Shown here one piece after another: positions 52,301-60,742 of a DNA stretch of 64,000 nucleotides. Source of the stretch: Mytilus californianus (lineage: Eukaryota). Numbering within the stretch: position 1 is the stretch's first letter; every line of letters begins with the position of its first letter. The notes beneath the pieces were generated by a model. It saw only the letters and a program-made list of their open reading frames with translations, was not told where the DNA came from and ran no database searches. Where the stretch lies: the NCBI RefSeq assembly GCF_021869535.1, contig NW_026262593.1, positions 15,624,001 to 15,688,000 on the forward strand, read 5' to 3'. The translations under genes were made by a program, and so were the position numbers.

Positions 52301-52558
52301 GTTTTTATTTCTGTAATATATATATACCGTGTACCAAAAAAAAAGCAATATTGCTCAATAAAATTAAAACCATTACGAATTTGTATACACAACAGAGCAT
52401 TAAGCTATATTGTGTAAGACATATATATAGCGCAATGTTACATAAAAAAATGATTCATTTTAAGACAATTAGTTCAACATTAATTATATTTTTATTTTTT
52501 AATGAAAACAATTAGGTAAGCGATATGTTATGTTCTCACCTGTCTGTATTAGCTGCAT
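19202..52558 (-). CDS. Gene A: 8-exon gene for a 351-aa predicted type I membrane glycoprotein (unnamed ~200-aa ectodomain, S/T-rich stalk, predicted coiled segment, single TM, basic tail)
   Basis: Exons 52540-52558, 44856-44930, 43333-43484, 42166-42326, 38778-38971, 37952-37996, 28187-28429, 19202-19368. All introns are GT..AG and phases join 1,1,0,2,1,1,1 into one stop-free 1056-nt frame: MQLIQTAVNLHICMSRGEEECWALVYKIATGGNGSAYDLF...HFKSDIVNNWSNVEIDLVRISLF...SWFDKSRLINSSYSDL...RRFYIRNDKSDKCETDEGLLLVGD...ADSMAIFIK...ELTVEKKSTQKYMRSLTSAPDERTSSKVMGIIGGAFIISVIGLIMLLD...KSTT*. Eight N-X-S/T sequons lie in the ectodomain. Confidence 0.85.
20307..20457 (+). repeat. 5' LTR
   Basis: About 16 mismatches out of 151 against the 3' LTR (roughly 10% divergence). 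Confidence 0.95.
20463..20473 (+). promoter_or_regulatory. Primer-binding site, tRNA-His type
   Basis: TGGTGCCGTGA 5 nt after the 5' LTR, complementary to the tRNA-His 3' end. Confidence 0.75.
21997..22131 (+). mobile_element. 135-bp hammerhead-bearing insertion in the BEL protease
   Basis: 7-bp direct repeat ttatttg (21990-21996, 22125-22131); removal restores ILFDEGTQ. Confidence 0.8.
22052..22093 (+). ncRNA. Variant minimal type I hammerhead motif
   Basis: gcgttc-TTGATGA-aggtaaatcca-GAAA-agcgct-TC-gaacgc: perfect 6-bp stem I, palindromic stem III, C3U core change, non-canonical stem II base. Confidence 0.6.
23282..24305 (+). mobile_element. 5'-truncated PLE (RT C-terminus + 3' tail) inserted in the BEL RT
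   Basis: Colinear with 34920-35890; removing 23182-24305 restores MKGDL-YVDNIL. Confidence 0.85.
25943..26093 (+). repeat. 3' LTR
   Basis: Same length, colinear with the 5' LTR. Confidence 0.95.
26335..26470 (-). repeat. Fragment of the 42535-42745 family with a partly deleted hammerhead
   Basis: Minus strand tgagtcttttgtagacgaaacg..aaaatttcaatcctgg. Confidence 0.6.
27480..27900 (+). repeat. Degraded PLE 3'-tail copy
   Basis: catggttaaccccgcc core and ttgtctcattagcaataatacc end. Confidence 0.6.
28187..28429 (-). CDS. Gene A exon 7 (Cys-containing segment, S/T-rich stalk, EDLQNKINRIKMELTVEKKSTQ)
   Basis: Acceptor tcttttatag|, donor |gtaaga, 243 nt, phase 1-1; inside ORF 28131-28445. Confidence 0.9.
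28615..28800 (+). repeat. 3' end of a second PLE family
   Basis: gacctaccgaattagact..ggagcacctgagatc; also at 44165-44630 (-), 59300-59590 and 63151-63365 (-). Confidence 0.7.
29997..31870. mobile_element. Probable non-autonomous TIR element with CGATATCG-rich subterminal arrays
   Basis: 10-bp TIR ATGTCCAAGA / TCTTGGACAT; 94-bp units x2.2 at the left end, ~105-bp units at the right; nested PLE tail at 30715-31190; no clean TSD. Confidence 0.6.
32900..33370 (+). mobile_element. Old PLE RT fragment, continuing at about 35900-36330
   Basis: QQTIGIP..NCVPLLAYLFL; degenerate NIPAAIAYG.FIS. Confidence 0.6.
33400..35890 (+). mobile_element. Penelope-like retroelement, degraded RT + 3' tail (possibly Naiad/Chlamys clade)
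   Basis: KGPKYR, ADKTANN, FDFSTLYT, VGIPM, YRYLDD, YDKKDD..FPIVNFP, SYGVYISQFVRY; multiple stops and frameshifts. Clade assignment needs a phylogeny. Confidence 0.85.
37279..37856. mobile_element. Kolobok-like non-autonomous element
   Basis: TIR AGGAGWAGGTCCGRTAAG; flanks tcaa / ttat (degenerate TTAA). Confidence 0.65.
37952..37996 (-). CDS. Gene A exon 6 (AIHHAVADSMAIFIK)
   Basis: Acceptor ctttattttcag|, donor |gtaagt, 45 nt, phase 1-1. Confidence 0.85.
38778..38971 (-). CDS. Gene A exon 5 (IHGK...RRFYIRNDKSDKCETDEGLLLVGD...QPFILFSASSNVSK)
   Basis: Acceptor cacttgtag|, donor |gtaatg, 194 nt, phase 2-1. Confidence 0.9.
39710..39788 (+). repeat. 79-bp inverted copy of gene A exon 5 sequence (38829-38907)
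   Basis: 78/79 identity to the reverse complement; abuts the LINE 5' end. Confidence 0.95.
39789..40630 (+). mobile_element. 5'-truncated CR1-like LINE (ORF2 C-terminus + 3' UTR), antisense in gene A intron 4
   Basis: DLMPP..NYDLRN..KSFLPSTTIEWNNL..HTRLR..CSCGHPVEDSIHYFFECP; AATAAA near the end. Confidence 0.85.
42166..42326 (-). CDS. Gene A exon 4 (VRISLF...SWFDKSRLINSSYSDL...HFSVVG)
   Basis: Acceptor cttgtttcag|, donor |gtaagg, 161 nt, phase 0-2. Confidence 0.9.
42653..42696 (+). ncRNA. Minimal type I hammerhead motif, stem III mutated (within repeat 42535-42745)
   Basis: gcgtca-CTGATGA-gtc ttttgta gac-GAAA-ggctc-GTC-tggcgc; the palindromic CGCGCG is disrupted. Confidence 0.6.
43333..43484 (-). 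CDS. Gene A exon 3 (GNGSAYDLF...KHFKSDIVNNWSNVEIDL)
   Basis: Acceptor ttcctttacag|, donor |gtattt, 152 nt, phase 1-0; inside ORF 43255-43530. Confidence 0.9.
44165..44630 (-). mobile_element. PLE 3' fragment
   Basis: Reverse complement of the 59100-59590 type sequence. Confidence 0.75.
44856..44930 (-). CDS. Gene A exon 2 (AVNLHICMSRGEEECWALVYKIATG)
   Basis: Acceptor ttatgcag|, donor |gtaatc, 75 nt, phase 1-1. A paralogous exon of identical length lies at 59615-59689. Confidence 0.85.
46044..47681. mobile_element. 1.6-kb non-autonomous TIR element, TGT..ACA ends, AAACGTGTCC subterminal repeats
   Basis: TIR TGTAACACTC..AAACGTGTCCATCCCCC; about 8 motifs at the left, about 4 inverted at the right; absent at the paralogous site near 650; TSD ambiguous. 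Confidence 0.85.
47875..49260 (+). mobile_element. Paralogous copy of the same LINE relic
   Basis: ORF 48625-49158 with ILSSVYVPP..LAGDLNSRT..NYGNLLLDIC..VDYFL (APE motifs); colinear with 836-2260. Confidence 0.8.
49540..49797 (-). mobile_element. tRNA-head SINE, uninterrupted paralog
   Basis: Same head, plus body ccgctaagcacaaggcgttaaggagtaaaagcaaagactgg. Confidence 0.75.
52540..52558 (-). CDS. Gene A exon 1, coding part (MQLIQT + phase 1)
   Basis: ATG CAG CTA ATA CAG ACA G|GTGAGA. The ATG, length and donor are conserved in three copies and the phase matches exon 2. Intron 1 is 7.6 kb, so this is the least certain exon. Confidence 0.65.
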
Positions 52559-53545
52559 TTTCAGATAAACATATAATTACTTGCTACGAAGTCATGCTTT
52601 TAAACTAATGTACAACTACTCCCCTCGATTAAATAATTAATGAAGCATCATTTTATTTGATCGCTGAACTTTTCAAAAATGTCTTCATCTAATGTTTCTT
52701 CGCTCAACATCTGTCATTGTTCTGAAATGCCTAGTAAAATTATATTACAATTGCTATGACTTTGCATTCAAGTTCTCAATACCCTGCACGGACTTGAAAA
52801 TACGTGTTTGTTGCTTTCCAGTTCAGCAGCAGCATTATTCAAAACAATGTGTCCGCAGAGGGTAACATAATAAACACATATTTCTGTGGACTGTTACCTT
52901 TTGAACAATCATTTTTAATTTTTGGCTTCTCGTGGCGGTCTAGTACAAACCAAGGTTAACAGTAATATTACACTATCATGTTTTTGTCCTGATACGCACG
53001 CATTTTTTGTAACTGTACATTAAACAACAATACCAAAGTATGTCAGTTATGATTTTAAAAGTAACAGGATCTTAATCAATGACACATTGGTATGCACGTC
53101 CATTAGACAGTAGCCGAAACAACGCTAAAGCATATTTACTAATTCAAAGTATAAAGTTATATGAGACAGTTGTTATCTGTGAAAGAGGACACAGTCTGTT
53201 AACTAGCTATGTAAAACTGTTTTACTTTTTTCTTAATCAAAGTATTCAAATAATTTTTACTCTTATAATAATAAGGAAAATCACATTGTTAAATAGCTGA
53301 AAACTGTCATCGTTATAATATGAAACTGAAAATGCACTTGAATCCAAAGTCATAGCAATTGTAATATCATTTTACTGGGCATTTCAGAACAATGACAGAT
53401 GTTGAGCGTAGAAACATTAGATGAAGGAAATTTCGAAAAATGCAGCGATAAAATGAAATCATGCTTAATTAATCATTCAATCGAGGGAAATATTTGTACA
53501 TTAGTTTAATTAGTCGTAGAAAGTATTTTTTTATTTTATCTGAAA
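52559..53545. promoter_or_regulatory. Candidate shared bidirectional promoter between gene A and paralog B
   Basis: 987 bp between the divergent ATGs; the proximal ~220 bp is conserved in all three copies. Function is inferred, not shown. Confidence 0.4.
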
Positions 53546-55100
53546 ATGCAGCTAATACTAACAGGTGAGAACGTAATATATCGCTTACTTAATTGTTGTC
53601 ATAAAAAAAATAAAATTTAATTAATTTTTGAACTTATTGTCTTAAAATTAACCAAATTATTGTTGATGTAACATTGCGCTATATGTATGTCTTACACAAT
53701 ATAGCTTAATGCTCTGGTGTGTATAAAAATTCGTAATGATTTTAATTTTACCATTTTAGCAATATTGCTTTTTTTAGCTACATGGTATATATATATTACA
53801 GAAATAAAAACAGTTTGATTTTTTGTCAGTTTTTATGGACTTCCCCTATTTGAATTTGCCTTGGAGTTCAGTATTTTTTGTTATACTTTTTTGTGAATTG
53901 TACGTATACGGAAGCGTATTAGCGATTAATTTCAATCTTTCGCGTTATTTCGCAAACATTTTTGTTATTTCGAAAGCTTTTTGCTATTTCGCAAACTGTG
54001 CCTTTTCAGTTTTTTATTTTCATTTGAAATTAAAAATTCGGTTGATAGTTAAAATTGAAGCCACTGGCATATTTTTGTTAGGTGCATTTTAAGGAAGTAA
54101 GTATCAAATTTTATTGTTTGTTGTATTATTAAAATTTCAAAGGGATATCTGGAGTCTTGAGCGCATAATCATGGTATACAAATAAGTAGGAGTGACACCT
54201 AAGCTTATTATACAGTAATCCTGTTGATTAAATCAGATATATTTACAGTATCAGATATAAGTTGGTGCATTTAAACTGTACGATATCTATAATGCTAAAA
54301 GAGGAGACCAGATTTAACGTGTCGCTATTCCGTTTTCAAAATCAAATCAACAAATATTGCTCTCTAACTGTAGTTATCCTGTTATCCTCCCTAATGATTA
54401 TTTGTTTGGGATTAGCTGGAGAATTAAAATGAAAACAAAACTATTTCCGTATGTCCTTTCCGTCATTATCATCGGTTTCGTGTTTTGTGCCTACTTCTTC
54501 CGCTAGACTCCTTAATGATTGATTGGTTTTCGCTTAATGGACGCTTTTCCTATAGTTATTACGGAGGTTGTCCCTTGTACGATGTGGATATGACAGAATG
54601 TTCCCCCGTGCTTAGTGTGCATATTGCTATATTTTTCAGTTTTAGAATTTGAAATCATGAGATAACTTTCCCTCATTGCTCTTTATATTATAGTGTTACT
54701 AACTTGCTGTTTCTGTATTGGTCGATGTATTGATTCAAGGTCTGTTGTATTGGTCCAAAAGACCATAGGGGCGAGAGCCAATACAGCTGACCGAGAATCT
54801 ATACAGGGCCAATACAGATTCAGCAAGTTCGTAACACTTTTATTAAATAATCAAAACAGTCCATATGGCTGATCCGTATGGCCAGTCCGTATGACAGGAA
54901 GTAGCTACAGCTGGTCTGTCTGACAGGAAGTAGATACAGCTGGTCCGTACGGAAAAACTAATTAATCGGGCAAAACAGCCGTATTAAACGTATGGTTATT
55001 ATGCGTTGATCTTTTGAATTCCATATTAGTCATGCTGATTTAAGCATATTATGTTGAATTAAACATTTTATTTAATAATTATTTCTATTGTATTTAATGC

Positions 55101-55131
<31 letters not shown>

Positions 55132-55132
<1 letters not shown>

Positions 55133-55900
55133 GGCAGTCAGCACGGTATAAGAACATCCGTTGTTCGACATGCTAGTCAAATGCGTTTTGTTAAAATATA
55201 CTTTTTCACTTTTTTGGTCTTTTGGAAAATGTTGTCTGTGCTGTATTTAGACCCCTCTACCAAGAAATGTGTTTTGCATGCACACGTATAAAAATTGCGG
55301 TTTTTATCCAACGCAATCATAGGTTTGAACGTTGTTTTCAATTTAGACTTGTTTATATTTTTTCGTTTGGGCTTGTATTATATTTGCCTTCGGGTTTATA
55401 TGATCCGTTCATCCTATTTCGACTCTTCAAAATTCAAGAGTCTATCCTAAATTGAGGTAAATTATATGGCCTTCCAAATAACGTTTCGATTCCTAACATC
55501 ACTGAAGAGACATTAATTGTCGAAATCCGGATATGGTGTACCAATTTTTGCACCTCATGTTTGTGGTATACCATCTTTTCCGCAAGTTTATTGTTTTCTG
55601 TTTGGTATTTAATTGATAATTAAGATCCATTTTGTTACATCTGGTGATCCGTTTATTTGGCAATCGCCATGGCAGTCAGCAGGGTTTAAGAACATCCATT
55701 GTTCGACCTGCTATTCAAATGCGCTTTGTTAAAATATACTTTCTCACTTTTTTGGTCTTTTGGAAAATGTTGTTTGTGCTGTATTTAGACCCGTCTACCA
55801 AGAAATTTGTTTTGCATGCACACGTATAAAAATTGCGGTTTTTATTCAACGCAATCATAGGTTTGAAAATTGTTTTCAATTTAGACTTGTATATATTATA
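55132..55900 (+). repeat. Direct duplication of a ~240-bp unit (55132 and 55670) next to (TA)n tracts
   Basis: About 90% identity by eye, period about 538 bp. Confidence 0.85.
55496..55539 (+). ncRNA. Apparently intact minimal type I hammerhead ribozyme
   Basis: acatca-CTGAAGA-gac attaatt gtc-GAAA-tccgga-TA-tggtgt: 6-bp stem I (one GU), 3-bp stem II, palindromic stem III, AUA cleavage triplet. Confidence 0.75.
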
Positions 55901-56214
55901 TATACATATATATATTGTTGGGCTCAATTTGAGACGAATTATATATATATTGTGGCATTAGCCTTGTATAACCACGTTTTATCCGATGGAGAATATCTAT
56001 CATAAAGTTGTCACATGTTTAGACGTGTATAATTAAATTAAAATTTGATGTGGCGGCATGGTAATTAACATTAACATCCTTCACGACAGACAAAATAGCT
56101 GGTCTGAAAGGTACACCATCTACTTGCCACTATACATCATGTGCTGTGTTACAACCCTAGATAAAGCCGACGAGGGAAGGCATTACATCGACCACCGAAA
56201 GCTTTATTTTTATG

Positions 56215-56365
56215 TAACCTAGGTGGTTGAATGGTCTAGGGCGCTAGACACGATGTCACAGAAGCAAGGGTTTGAATCCCGCTGAGGGAGGAACACAATT
56301 TTCTAACACAAATTTGAAGATCTAAAATGTTGGGCAAAATTTGAGATGAATTATATATATATATA
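56215..56365 (+). mobile_element. tRNA-derived SINE with (TA)n tail
   Basis: A-box-like TGGTTGAATGG, B-box-like GGTTTGAATCC. Confidence 0.55.
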
Positions 56366-56719
56366 TTCTCCGCAACTATGTTATTTGTAGTTTATGAGAA
56401 ATAAAATCATTTATACATATCCGCAGTGTTTCATTATAAAGATAATAACTTTTAATGTAATTAATCAATGATTAAAGGAGTTTTGTTACTCTTTAAACTT
56501 TTAATGCAACTGCTTTATGGTTATACTCCTAAATTGATTGCATTTAAATATGATATTTCTATTGGCACTATTGTATCGTCGTCGTTCTTAATGGTCAACG
56601 TCCGATGGCGAGACTGAAAAAAACACGTATACGCACCGTCGTCATTGGCATTACAAATGGTCAAATGAAGCCTTAAACTTCATATATCAGAATAGGTTTT
56701 ATGTTCTTTATAAAAAAAA

Positions 56720-57370
56720 AGGAGATGTGGTATGCTTGCCTATGAGACAACTATCCACTCAAGTTCAAATGAAGTGGATGTAAGCAATTATAGGCAACCG
56801 TACGGCCTTCAACAATGAGAAAACCTATACCGTATAGTCGGCTATAAAAGGCCCAGACATGAAAAATATAAAACAATTCAATTGAGAAAACTAATTTATA
56901 AACAAACAATTTACGAAAAACAAAAATGACAGACATGAACCAACGACAACCACCGAACTGCAGGTTCCTGACTTGAAACAGGCACATATATAAGTGGCGG
57001 GGTTAAACATGTTTGAAAGCGATAATCCTCCCCTAACCTTGGTCAGTGGTGTAACAGTACAATATAAGAACAAACTATTAAAATCAGTTGAAAAGGGCTA
57101 AACTCATCAGATTGATACAAAGCAGAAAAACATCTAACAAAAACACAGACCGAACTTGCTAGGTATTATTACATCCCCCAAAACAAAAGCAAAATACACA
57201 AAGTACAGATCTAAGAGTACTCGCAGTTATTGACAGCTAGTTCAATACCAATAACAACTAATAAAAAGATCATGTATCTAAGACTAAATAATCATTCAGT
57301 ACATATTCAACATCTAATGGATTTAGTGTAAAGAAGTCATAAAAAGTCAGAGAAAAACATGACCTTGTGC
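56720..57370 (-). repeat. PLE 3'-tail family copy
   Basis: Reverse complement of the 35200-35890 type sequence. Confidence 0.8.
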
Positions 57371-58009
57371 TATTTTGACTCCGAACATCAGTATATAGAC
57401 ATTTATTGTCGAAATGCGCATCTACCGCAGTTCAATATGTACTATTGATGTTATAATCTAACCAAAAATTCCTAATCTGCCCTCGGCTGTTCGAGTAATA
57501 TTCTTATTTTAGATTTCACTTGTTAGTTGAGTACTTTTAATTTATTGCATGTACATTCCTCCTTATAACAAAACCTAGCTATAGCTAAATGATTCTAAAT
57601 AAACTAACCATATAAATATATTTAAACCTTCTATGCTTCGGCTTCAATTTCCTACTTCTCACTCACTATCGAATGAAGCCTTTGTATATTCGGAAATCTT
57701 CAGGTTCGAAATTCACATTCCACATGGGAATATTTCCGTTCCGTTTCCAATTTCGTATAATAGTTAATCTTTATAATAAAAAGTTTGTATAGTGTTGTAT
57801 TGTCCAAAAATACTCGAGACATAAATATATCTATTCATTTTATGGGAAAATTATTAATTATATCTTGTGATTACATTTTTAAATTATCACTATAGTGTAT
57901 TGTATTTTGGATAAGACGAATTAAAAAGGTCCCCGTAGGGCTATGTGAATATATGATCCTGTAGAATTCTAAAATTTTCAGGAAGTTAATTGATCAATTA
58001 ATGTAAATA

Positions 58010-59590
58010 GTGAACGCATTTTTCCCATCGAACTTGAAATAAAGGATACAACAGACACAGTTAAGTCTGCCTCATATCTTGACGTACATCTAGAAATTGA
58101 AAATGAGGGTCAGTTCAGAACAAAATTTTACGACAAAAGAGATGATTTCAGCTTCCCAATTGTAAACTTTCCATTTCTATGTAGTAACATTCCAGCCGCG
58201 CCTGCATATGGAGTATATATGTAGAACTCCGAACCGCGACGGTACTCCGAACCGCGATGGTCACGCTGATGTGCGATGATTTGACTATGAAGTGCGTTTT
58301 TAATCACGCTGAAGTGCGATGGTGGCATTGTGACGCTATATTGTTGATAGCTACGCCGAAGTGCGATGGTGGTTACGCTGAAGTGCGATGGATTACGTAA
58401 ACTATAGTTTCAATGTTTTTCATGTTCACATGCAGCGGTTATTTTCCATAAAAACCAGTGACTAAAAATGTGATAGCTGTTTAAAATGCAATTCCCCATT
58501 TTCATTCTCATTTTTAATATGATAAGGTCCTAATAAACTTATCACCGTCGGTGGTTTTTACTGCGACTGAAAAAAAATGGAAAGCTTTTTTCATACTTAA
58601 GATGAATACAAATAAAGAAATTTTTAATACCACCGGAAACGGTGAACAATTAGTAGACGGGGGTAAATTAGCCTCTGTAGCAGATCCTCTTTTTGAAATC
58701 TACAGGAGTTTTGTTTTTTTTGTACGATGGAGCTTGGAATTATCTAACTACCTATGGTTCCGTATTATGATATTACGGTAAACGTGGAACTCATGAGAGC
58801 TGGAAGCTGAGATTAACAGTTATCTCAGATGAGAGGTAGAAAGTAAAGATAAACTGTTAACGCAGAATAATGTTCACATTCAGCAAATTTGAAGATAACG
58901 ATCTCTCATTTAGTATGGAACTGTGACAGATGACATATATAGACCATCGCAGTTCAGCGAACAGACCATCGCACTTCGGCGAAAAGACCATCGCACTTCG
59001 GCGGAGGCCATCGCACTTCAGCGAGACCATCGCACTTCAGCGTCCCCATCGCACCTCCGAGTCCTACATATATTCTAAGTTGATACGATATTCCATGGCT
59101 TTCGTTTCCTCTCATGATTTCCTTGAAAGAGGATTGCTGCTCACAAGGAAGATATAAAATCAAGAGTTCCAAGTGATGAAGTTGAAAATCATCCCTTCGA
59201 AAATTTTACGGATGCCATCACGAGTTGATTGACCGTTACGGAATATCTGTTTCACCGATGACGACGGATATGTTCCAATCGTCGAAACCATAATTCCGAC
59301 TTCTTTTTCCCCAAATGTGACTTGCATAATTAGACTTACAACCGGGTTTGTACTTACAGGAGTAACACGACGGGTACCACATGTTTGGCAGAAGATGATT
59401 ACATTCTGGAGCACCTGCGATCACCCCAGTTTTTTGTGAGATTCGTGTTGCTCAGTCATTAGTTTTCTATGTTGTGTTTTTTTTTACTGTTTGTCTTTTT
59501 GTTGTTTTGTTTTTTTTTTTTGCCATGGCGATTTCAGTTTATTTTCGACTTATGAGTCTGACTATCCCTTTGGTATCTTATGCCTTTCTT
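58010..59590 (+). mobile_element. 5'-truncated PLE (RT C-terminus + 3' end) in paralog B intron 1
   Basis: PIELEIKDTTD..FYDKRDDFSFPIVNFPFLCSNIPAAPAYGVYIS, then LIRYS..LLTRK. Confidence 0.9.
58220..59068. mobile_element. 849-bp Ginger-like non-autonomous DNA transposon
   Basis: TGTAG..CTACA termini; TATA TSD at 58216-58219 and 59069-59072; removal restores GVYISKLIRY in frame; GAAGTGCGATGG subterminal repeats inverted at the two ends. Confidence 0.8.
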
Positions 59591-59940
59591 TCACAGTTTT
59601 GCTGTTTTATACAGCAGTGAACCTGCGTATTCGTATGTCTCGTAGTGACGAGGAATTCCGGCCTCTTATCCTCAAAATAGTAACTAGAGGTAACATGTTT
59701 TTATACATTTATACATTTTCTTATCATACTGGTTTCTTAGTATGATAATAGAATGGGTTAATGCCTGATAGCAAAAAAAACGATGGATATCGTTTTTTAT
59801 AAAGTATGATTATGTGTATGTCCTGGTTTATATTATATGCCTGTCAATAAATAAACGTAATATTGTGAAACATTTCACGTCTTTGTGAATTCTTTACATT
59901 ATGTCTTCACTTGACTCGTTTAAACACGATGATTTCAAGC

Positions 59941-60202
59941 ATATTTAGAGATACTAAAAGTAAAACAATTATTATCCTAGATATCTAAGAACAAATGAAT
60001 ATTTAGAGATACTAAAAGTAAAACAATTATTATCCTAGATATTTAAGAACCAATGAATACTTAGAGATACTAAACGTAAAACAATTATTATCCTATATAT
60101 TGAAGAACAAATGAATATTTAGAGATACTAAACGTAAAACAATTATTATCCTATATATTGAAGAACAAATGAATATTTAGAGATACTAAAAGTAAAACAA
60201 TT
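59941..60202 (+). repeat. Minisatellite, 58-bp unit x4.5
   Basis: atatttagagatactaaaagtaaaacaattattatcc.. repeated. Confidence 0.95.
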
Positions 60203-60742
60203 TTAGACATTGCAGTTTCAAGCAAATACTGAAGATACAAAAAATAAAACAAATCTAGACATATCAGTGTTATAGAAAGCTTTGAAAAATTTTTCCGGAT
60301 CGAATTTTTCGTTTTCATGTTTTGCTAGTACGACATTTTTTCATTCATTCTTATTTCCTGCATTGAATTGCATTTTGTTTGACAATACATTAATTTTCAC
60401 CCCGTCTTGGACAAAGTTATTACAATGCCAGAATATTCATTTCAAAAATCCTATTGCCTAAATCCTTTACCCCCAGAATATTAAATGATCCTCCACTAAG
60501 AACTTTAAAAAATTGACCGCAACCTTCGGTGGTGAATAACTGTACAAATGAATGATAAACCCGAGAAAATATGTTCAAAATGTCATTTTCAATACTGCGT
60601 AACTCGAAGATTAAATAAGCCAAGAAAATTTTATTCTTTTTTTTTTATAATTGATTGATATGCATATTTTAATTTCTTTAGATGCAGTAACATTTTATTT
60701 AGAAAAAGGGATAAAAATGAAAATAATACTTGATGAATCTTA

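Larger units (their letters stand above)
45845..53040 (+). repeat. Segmental duplication, copy A (gene A intron 1, exon 1 and promoter)
   Basis: Partner of 1-6620; differs by private insertions such as 46044-47681. Confidence 0.9.
51735..54715. repeat. Large imperfect palindrome: arms 51735-52773 and 53336-54715, central spacer about 560 bp
   Basis: The reverse complement of the right arm aligns to the left arm through exon 1 and about 220 bp of upstream DNA. A further inverted match pairs 57590-57770 with 45800-45960. Confidence 0.9.
53546..59689 (+). pseudogene. Inverted paralog B of gene A: exon 1 (53546-53564) and exon 2 (59615-59689); no further exons found in the window
   Basis: ATG CAG CTA ATA CTA ACA G|GTGAGA, then tatacag|75-nt exon (AVNLRIRMSRSDEEFRPLILKIVTR)|gtaaca. 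The EEECW of gene A reads DEEFR. It could be functional if later exons lie beyond 64000. Confidence 0.6.

Noticed and set aside
59941-60202. CRISPR-like array (also considered for 30010-30210)
   Set aside because: Contiguous tandem units with no unique spacers, no cas genes, eukaryotic context.
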